Source: Raillietiella orientalis (Eukaryota). From it: a stretch of DNA of 64,000 nt. The stretch covers positions 186,001 to 250,000 of the forward strand of contig JAYWIR010000028.1 of the NCBI GenBank assembly GCA_036172245.1, in the 5' to 3' direction. Below are positions 39,101-48,100 of this stretch, one piece after another (positions within the stretch are counted from its first letter, which is position 1; each line of letters opens with the position of its first letter). The notes beneath the pieces were generated by a model that ran no database searches, was not told the DNA's origin, and was given only the letters and a program-made list of their open reading frames with translations. A program made the position numbers and the translations under genes.

Positions 39101-42100
39101 GAGTGCGGTCCGAAGGAAGGACTCTCCAGGAACACCGAACCGCTCCCCGGCCCGACCCGGCGCGCGCCTTCAGGGCGCTCCGGGGCACGGGGACGGCGCG
39201 ACGAGCCTCTCTTCCTCGGAAGGGAAACGGCGAAGGGGGAGGAGCGAGAGCACCGGGGCGTTCGGAAGGGGCGTGGGGGAGGAGGCAAGTGGGAAAGGCC
39301 GCGCGGGGGAGACTCCCGGGATCCCCTGAAGGCGGCAGCAGGCGCACCCCCTCGTGGGGGTGGCGAGTGACTTCCGGGGGCGCTCGCCCCTTCCCCGGGA
39401 AAAGGCGGCCGCTCGCTTCCTCTCAGCCCGCGCTTCCCCTGCGCCGCCGGCCAAGCCTCCGTCCCAGCTGGCCAATGGAAACGCGGCTGGGCCGCCGCGA
39501 GCGAAAGAGAATGCCCAATCAGGGAAGGCCGCCTGGGCAGACATCGATGGCAGCGGCGACCCCGTCGAAAGGGAAACCGGAAGTGGCGGTGGGAGGCGTC
39601 GTCCGAGAGTCCGCCGCGGCGGGGGAGGCGCGCAGCCGGGTGGGTCGGCCTTCCCGAGGAGAGCGCCGCGGGGACGGAAGCAGAGGGTGCGCTCCCGCGC
39701 TCCAGCCGCGCGGCGAGTGCGGGCGCCACCGTCCCCGAGGTCTCAGAGGGGTGCTCAAGATGGGGCAGCAAGCGGGAATCCGCGCCCCGCCACCCGGAAG
39801 TCGAGGCGCCGAAGGCGGACCCTAAAAATAGACCGATGACTCACCGCGTACGATCGGGCTGGTCGCCCGACGAGCCGCTAGCGAGTGAACCGGAGGCGCG
39901 CAGGAACGTCGCCGGGGTCGCTCGCTCGGCACTGGCGGGGCGGGGGCGGGGGGGAAGAGAGGGGGGGCGAGTGGGATTGGGTAGGGGGCTACCGCTGCCA
40001 CCCCCCGGAGAGGCGGCGGCGGGGGGAGGAGCCGCCGCTGCGGAGGGTCTGTGCGCGCTTCTGTCGCCTCCCGTGGACGCTTCCTCTGACCCTGCGACCC
40101 GCGGGAGCGGAATGCCCGCGCGGGCCCCTTCGGGTCCGTTCGGAGGAGCGCGGCGAGCTGCGGCCACGCAGCCTCCGTGCGCACCAGGAGCCAGGAGCCT
40201 CCGCAGGAGGGCGGCGCGGTGAGGATCCTTCTGGAACGCCTCACTTCACGGGACTGGCCGGGGAGGGGGAGGGGGGGGGAAAGCGCGCTTCCGGCTCGCT
40301 CACCCCTACTCGTTCCTACTCCCTCCCCCCGCCTCCCCCATTCCCGGTGCTGCGCGCGCGCCGCCCTTGGACCCGCCAGGTTCCTCTTCGCTTCCGCATC
40401 CCTCCAGTCATTCCGGATGGCCCTCCCCCCCATCCGGTCACGAGCAGCCGCCCTCGTCAGACGCACTTCCGGTTCGCTCCACGATACGAAGGGCGGATGC
40501 TGCCGGGAGAGAGGGAGGGAGATGGCGCGTGCGCCCGTTCGCGCGCGAGCCGAATAGCAGCTCCCTCCACATGGGGAGAACCCGGGACCCCGGGGAGGGG
40601 AGGGGACTCCCTGGGACTCCCAAGACCCCAGCCACTGGTCGCCGGGGCACCAGGAAGTGGTGCCTGTGGCGGGCGCGAAGGAAAATCCCTCCAGGCCGCG
40701 ACCTGGAGTCCTCGGCGAAAGGGCAGGGGTCACGACCGATGAGGCGCTCGCGGGGGGGCATCCCGAGAGGAAGTGCCCTGGAAGATCCCCGCTGGAGGCG
40801 TGGCGCCGCCTGCAGAGCACGAGGACCGACGGGCGAACCTCCGTGGCCACCGCCCACGCGAGTGGGGCCGGCGGCCCCATGAGCTCGGAGAACGTGCGAC
40901 GTGCACGCACGTACGCACGCTCGTGCATATGAATGCATGTACACGTACACGTGCACACATTTACGCTCGCGTGTCTGTGCACACACAGACACGCGAGCGT
41001 GCACGCGTGCTGTGCATGTGCACGTGCGTGCGTACACACAAGAAAACGCGAACGTAACTGCGTGTGTACATATATGTTCCCGTGTGTATGTGTGCACACA
41101 TATGTACATGCAAGCACGCACCCATGCGGGCACACGTGCTCGCATGTGCGTGTATGCATGTGCACACACGCATATGTGTACACGAATGCTCACGCACACA
41201 CCTACACATATGCACGTGCGTGTGGGGAGCACATATGCACGAACATGTGTTCACATGCGTACGCATGTACACACATGTACACGTACGTGCACACAAAATG
41301 GCCTCGAAAATCCAAGCACGCGCAAATGTTTGTTCGCGCGTGCATGCGTATGTGCAAATATGTGTGCACAAGGATGCGTACACGTGTACATATGCGTGCG
41401 TGTGCGCGCACACATTTGAACGCACATAAGGAAACGTGCGTACTTGTACGCGCGTGCACGTGCACGCGCGCATGCGTGCGTGGGAGGCGTGGTGGGTGGT
41501 GACGAGTGGGACGAGGAGGCTTCGCGGCTGCCGCCCCCGCAGGCATCATCCGACTGCGATCATCGCCGGAGCAGCGGTGACCTGGAGATGGGGTCGGGCC
41601 GCCGCCACCCGGCGCGCGGCTCGGGTCAGCTGCGCGCGCGGCGCACCGCGGGAGACTCCAATCAAAGGTCGACACATAGATCGCTTTCCACCCCCACCCC
41701 CAACCCTCTCCTCCTCGCCGTTCCGCTGCGGATGTCATCCCGCTCTTCCCCTCACCTCACCCTCTCCTTTCTCCCCAGTACGCCGAAGAGGGAGGGGTGC
41801 CGTGGTCTACGACGCCCGCGGAGGAGCAGCAAGAGGAGGAGGAGGAGGAGGAAAAGGGGAGAAGGGAGGAGACGGCCGCGCCCCCACCGAAGCCTCGAGA
41901 GATCAGCTGTGAGTGCCCGGCCGTCTCCAGGGAGACGGCTCCCTCCTGACGCGGGCGGCAGTCGATTCCAGGGAGGCGTACGAGCATCTCCCGAAACCGC
42001 TGCAGGGCGACGGCTCCCCCGGGAAGGAGGGCCCGGGCCCGGGCGGCGAACAGGTCAGTGGCTTTCCCCAGGAGCCCCAGAAGAGAGCGATGCACCGAAG

Positions 42101-45100
42101 GGACTCTCTCCCGGGAGCCTCCAGGACTGCTCCTCCGCGTCGCTCCAGAGGAACTGCTCCACGGGGGACGCTCCCCAGCCGACCCCCACCATGCTGGAGA
42201 AGGTAGGGGAAGGAGGAGGAGGAGGCGGGAGGAGGGGGGAGCTGCCGTCGCCCTCTTTCCCCTCGATCCGTCATCGCGCGCCCCCTCCCCCGCCACGACA
42301 TTTGTTCGCACGCGTGGCCCTCCCTCCCCCTCCCCCCAGAGGGAGCGGAGGGAGGCGAAGGAGAAAATTCCGAGGGGGAGGAAGCGACGAGTGGCGGACG
42401 CTGAGGCGTGAACTTCCCGAGGGAGCGCCCTTCCCGCAGCCACCGCTTGAGGATCGGGTCGAGACGGGCGTCGACGCGCGCAACTTCCCTCCCCCTCTCC
42501 CTTCCCCCTCCCCGCCTGCCTCAGCTCTCCCTTCTCCTGAAATTCCTTCTTCCCGAAACAGGGAAACAGCCGTCGCCCTGAAAACGAGGGCTCCTCCAGC
42601 GAGACAGCTCGCGGTAAGGAGCGACTCCTTCGGCGGTCCGGGCGGAGGCGCTCTCGCCCGCGAGGGTCTGCGAAGACGCCCCCTCTCCCCTTCCTCATTC
42701 CCATCCCGCAAGACCGGGAAAGCCTCCGGGCCCGAGCGCTGCCCGCAGCAGAGACCAAGTCAGAGACCGTCCTGGGAGCGTCTCCAGGGCGGACGCTTCC
42801 AGGACGCCTTCCCTCCCAGGCTCCCGGCCCCGATTTTTTCCCCCGAAGAGACACCCCCTTCACCCCCAAGGAGTTCGCGAGCCCCGCCATCTCTCGATCC
42901 CCCGCTTCGAGTTTCGCGCGTCTTGGGAAGAACCCGAGGGAGGAATCGGCGGGCAAACAGGAAGTGGGAACTTTCCCCGGTCGCTACTCAACCTCCGATC
43001 TCCAGGGAGTGGGTCTCCCGCGCGTGCTTCGAGGCTGACTCAGGGCGGTTCAAGACGGGGGAATCCCGAGCCACGCCCGGACAAACGAGAATGTTTTCTT
43101 CCCAGGGCCCCATCCTCGCAGCAGCGACATCTCTTCCCGAGAGCGTGTACGCCCGTCCTGCATCCGGCCTCTCTCTCGGAGGATTTTTTTCCTCCAGGAC
43201 CGCGTGCCGGAAGGAGCGCGCGGTGGTTCCCCATCCTTAAGTGAGGCCGCCGGCGCGGAGACATCGTGGATCCGAACGGGGAAGTCCCTCCTCCACGGCG
43301 AGCGGGCACTTCCGATTGGGCCGCACCACGCGAGGGGCTTCCTCGGCGGTCGACGCCTTCATCTTCCTCGGTCTGCGACTGTCCCGATTGCGCGCGCCCG
43401 CTCCTCCGACGCGACATCCCCTGAGATGGTCTGCATGGATACGGTCCGCTCAAGACGTACGCCAGTGCTGGCGCTACAGGAGAAAAGGGGTCGGACCGCC
43501 AGCACCCTCGATGTCCGCTGTCTCGTTGGGTCAGAGTTCGAGGAGGCACGGCAGAAGAAGGGGTATCAACTGGCTGTCCTCTTCCCCTCCAGCGAGGTGC
43601 CAGCTCTGGCGCTCATGCATTGGCGGTATCCCCTCCGAGGTCCGGGGAACGATGAAGTCCTACAAAGTCTGGCATGAGCCAGTTCGAGCGTCCTGTTCCC
43701 ATCACCCCTCTTCGGTCAGAGGGGTCCTCCCACACAGCCGATGCTCCAGGCGATGATCCCAGAAGGCGTTGCCGGGGAGCTCGATGCTGGAACACACGCG
43801 CCTGATGCCCCTGCCTGGAGCCTCGGGGCCTCAAGACTCCTCGACGGCATCGCTCCTCGGATCCGACGGCAAGTGGGACTCGAAGTCAACGCAGGGACTC
43901 CTTCGGGGTCGACAAGGGAAGCGCCGCCGGCTGACCTCACTTGCCTTTCTTCCCTCCGCCTGACGTCCTTCCAGGTCCAGCGTCTGGGGAGCTTTCGAAG
44001 GAGTAGGCGAGATAGGGGGCATGGCGACAACTCGCCCCCCATCCCTAGTCTTGGTTATTCAGGGAGAGCGGGAATCGGCATACTGTGTGGTTCAGTTGCA
44101 GACCCCTGTCTCCTTATTCCTCCGAGAGGGCTTTCGGGTCGTCGCTAGGGTCTTGTGCTGCCTCAACGGGACGAGGGTCTAGCTGCAGGTGCGGTTCTTC
44201 TGCTTTCGCCATGCTGAAAGAAGGGCGCGCTCTGCGACCAGCAGTCTTCTTGGCAGCATCCCCCTTGCTCGTGGGCAACACGGGGAAGGCTGGAGGAGAC
44301 CGGCGGCGACAGGGAGCATCCGTCCACCACCCGCGACCGCGGGGAAAACGCATACCTCCTCTGCCGGCTTCCGACGATCGCCCTGGAGAAACCCCCGGCG
44401 TGTTGTGGGTTCCGTCAGTTGCCACGCAACAGCGCCTGTGAGAGGTCGCGCGGTCCAGATCGGTCCAAACCAGCCAGGCCGAGCAGCAGCTCTCGGAGAG
44501 CGCGGAGAACTACTCCGTTGCGCTCTCCGAACGCCGGATCGATGATCTTCCGGGAAGGAGAGGGAGACGTGAGCAGACGACCAGGGCAAGGCTTGCCACA
44601 GCAGCAAACAGGATGAGTGCATCCCTGCCTCTTGTGGACCTTCGCTTCCCGGACACCTGCATGACAGGTGCTGCAAGGGAAGAGAAAGCTGAGGAAGAAG
44701 AGGACCAGCGATGGTCTGGAAGCCGGTGACCACCGGAAGCAGAGGAGAAACCGAAGTGAAGATGGGCTCGTCTCGTCTCGTTGACGGAGCGCGGAATTCC
44801 CCACGGGGGGGAGGTGGTGATTTCCCTGGAAGCGGGAGCGCGCAGAACGGGGGCGGACGGGAAAGCGGTTGTCCTCCCGATCGGGTCTGATCGGGCAACA
44901 AGGCCTTCCGAGAGACCTCCCCCCGCAGGAGCAGTGCACGGAGGGAACCGGGGGCGCGGGAACTGCGAACTTTTCCTTCCTCCCCTCAGCGAAGGACCCC
45001 TCCGCGACGGGAAGAAGCGTCAGCCTCCAGCGCGCGTTCGACAAGGACCCGCCGGCGCCTGCGGAGGAAGCAGCACCAACGCGCGACGAAAGACGCGGGA

Positions 45101-48100
45101 CGCCCGCGAACTGACGTGTTTGTTACACGGCGGGAGGGAGGGAAGTTCCGGCTGGCAAGGCACAGGGGTGGCACAGAGAGGAGAGCGGCACGGGGCAGCA
45201 CGCGGGCCTGCCGCGCTTTTTTACACGCCTCTCTTCCGGGACTATTCCTGGGAGCCTTTTTACGAGAGTTGGATCCGGTCGAAAAGCGACCGGCTGCCAA
45301 AGTTTCTCACCTTCGAAATGTTTCGCCTTTCACTCCGCAGCTGCTCTGCTTCCCGTCTCACGAGCGTCGCTGTTGCTCATCGAAGGAGACTGATTTTCCC
45401 TACCCCTTTCATCCGTCTTCCTTCGGGCCCATCCCCAGCACCGACAGCTCGAGAAAGACGACTCACTTTGGGCGGTTGGAACGACGAAATTCAAGGATAC
45501 GGCGTGCAGAGCAAGGGGGGAGGGCAATGAAACAGAGGCTTTCGTGTGTGTGTGTTTTTTTTCTTTCCAATTTCTTTTCCTTATTTAACAGTCTATGGAG
45601 CAGCCTATGGGGCCCCTATGGATGCTCTGCAGACTGTTCCACAGGGTGGGCCACCGGAAAACCGCTCCCCCCTCCCGCCTCGCCACGCTCCGCATGCCAG
45701 ACCGCTCCCCGGCGTCCAAGAATGGCAGGACTCAGCAGCCGGGGGGTCCACCCGCACGGAACGAAGACTACGGAAAGTTGCGACCGGATCTCATGACCTT
45801 GGAACGGGTGGGGGTCAGCCACTTCCGTTCGTCGAGCATTCCCTACGGCTCGCTGTGGACGAGCAGCCGGAAACCGTACCGCGCCGAGTCCCGCTACGTC
45901 TCGTCGCAAGGTCGGACGCAGAAGGAACAGGTTCTCAGTAGCTCACCCGTTATGTGAGGTGAGCAGACGAGTTCCGCGAGCTGATCTTTGCCACGGTGAC
46001 CCAATAGTCCATTCCTCCGACGGGCATGCGGCCCCACTGTTCCCAAATGATTCCTAACCCTTGCTCCGGATCGCACTGCCCTCTGTGCTATCCGCGGGGT
46101 TTTTTGTCCAGGAAACGTGTGGCGCAGTTCATATCATTATTTACAGCTCATCCTTCCGACCTCGAATTGCGCCCGGTCTGGCCACGGAGTGAGGTGGTAG
46201 AGGATGCGTGCCAGTGAGCCTTGCAGTTGCAAAATGCCCCGAGGGCAGTACGGAAGAAACGCGGCGAGCACCCCATGGCTGCTCCACATTGCAGGGCTGA
46301 GGAAGGGCGAGGCGGGTCCAAGACATGTTTCTTCGCGTCTCTGAGCCCTCTGCGCCCCACTGCCTTTTGATCGGCTCTTCCCCCCACCCTGCAATCGCCT
46401 CCCGCGTTCGGCGAACAGGCGGATGCCAAAAATACCTGGAGGACGCTCCTCCAGGAGCTTTGATGAGCGGCGCCGAGACGCTGCGGTCTCAGCCGCGGAT
46501 GCGAAGGATCTTCCTGCTGCCGTGGAGACGCGGCAGCTCCCTAGCTGCATCGCGTCGCCAGCCCCAGTAACCCTCTTTTTGCTTTTGGTTCCCACTCCTC
46601 GCGAGACCGGCAGTGTGCGACCCGTGCGACTCTCAGTCCTTCTTGACAGCCCATCGCAGCTCTGCCCTGCCGCGTTTCCACGAGCCCCCCGTGCCCCACG
46701 CGTCTTGTGCGCTCCCGCGCGGCCGTGCCCGCCGCAAGGACACGGGGAGGGAGCGAGCGTCGGACGAGGCGAAGCGTTGCCCCCAGGCCTTCTTTCTTCC
46801 CCGCCGACCACGAGCTCACCTCGGCGGCGAGGGGGGCGTCTCTCTCCTCCCGGGACGAGACTTGAGCGGGGAGGGTCGCCGCGGTAGCCGGCCGGGAATC
46901 GGATTCGCGCGCTTGGTGGGAGTCTCGCAGGAAACGCCCTCAGTCTCTCAAAAAAAGGAACCCGGTTGTCGAATCAGCATTGGCCTATTTGGCGGCGTTC
47001 CCGGAAGGCGGGAAAGCTCCTTGGCATGTTTTCTCTCTTTTCCCTGCCTCCGCAGCTTCCGCTCGCTTCTCCTCCTCCGAGTGAAAACTACCTTCATAAA
47101 TAACCTCTCCGCAGCCTCTCGGAATCCGCGATTCCGTTTTCTCATTTTTTCTTTCTTTCTCTCCTCTGCGATTCGCATTCCCGAGCAATCTGTCTCGGGA
47201 GGGCACCGGGAACGTGCCCCGTCTTTCGAGCTTCCCGGTGCGTTCGCTCGCATCGCGGTGACTTTCGTTTACCCGTCGCCGTTTTCGACGCCGCCGCGTT
47301 CATCCGTCCCGTGCCCCTCCCACTTCTGGAGAACCTGGGAGGCCTCATTCCCACCGACTCGTTTCGCTTTCGCTCGTTTCGTCACGGATCACATCGGCAG
47401 CTTTGGGCACGCAGTTGCCCTTTCGGTTGTTGTTGCCTTTTTTTTTTTTTTGCCTTTTTTTTTTTTTTTTTTCCCCTTTTAGAGGGAGGGGGGAGGTTTG
47501 CCTCATGGCCAGAGACGGAGCGCGTCCGACGGACGGTCCCTGATTGTGGGGCTGTGATGTGAACGGCACGGCCCGACAATCCAGCCGAAAGGAAACGAGC
47601 AGGAAATTTCGCTTTCCGTTCCCCTCATAGGGAGCGTCCAGCGAGGGAAAGGGGAGGGGGGGGGGGGGAAAAGGCTCAGCCCGTTACCACGGGAGACGGC
47701 GACGGCGACCCGGACCGATCGAGAGGACTCTGATCGCCGACAGAGGACAATCGCACGCGCCCCCCTTCCGCTCCCCAGCCGGGCGCTCGTCGAGCACTCA
47801 GGACGACCGACCTCTCTGCTCCTTCCATCAGCGAAAGCTCCAGACTGGCCATTGCCCCAGGCTGGCTTTGCAAAGTCTATCCTTCCCCTTTCTGCTGGGG
47901 ACCGCTTTGCCTCCCTGCTCCCGCGGTCCCAGCGTGGCGCGCGCGGGACGGACGTCCCCCTCTTTCTCCCCTCCTCCTCCGGGAGATTCCCTCCCCTACC
48001 TTCCTTTCTGAAGATTCCAGCTGCATCCTGCAAAGGGGAGAAGGGAGAGATGGGCATGCGAGGCCCTGAGGGATCCCCAGGTCTTCCCGGTTTCCCCGGC

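Noticed and set aside
40574..40680. Collagen-like GEPGTPGRG stretch
   Set aside because: Gly periodicity breaks after a few triplets and there are no convincing splice sites.
39822..41502. Overlapping Cys/His-rich ORFs resembling metal-binding proteins
   Set aside because: Artefact of the alternating purine-pyrimidine repeat, which is open in nearly all frames.
41972..42202. Possible extra phase 1-1 multiplexin exon
   Set aside because: Splice sites and phase fit, but the peptide is Arg-rich and unlike multiplexin linkers, and the model is complete without it. Needs RNA data.
41444..43240. Longest ORF in the track (598 aa)
   Set aside because: R/P/G/S-rich read-through of GC-rich low-complexity intron with no domain; the real exon candidate here is in another frame.
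43440..43900. TPVLAL...ALMHWRYPLRG resembling gypsy RNase H
   Set aside because: Catalytic TDAS motif absent and spacing wrong; too weak to call.
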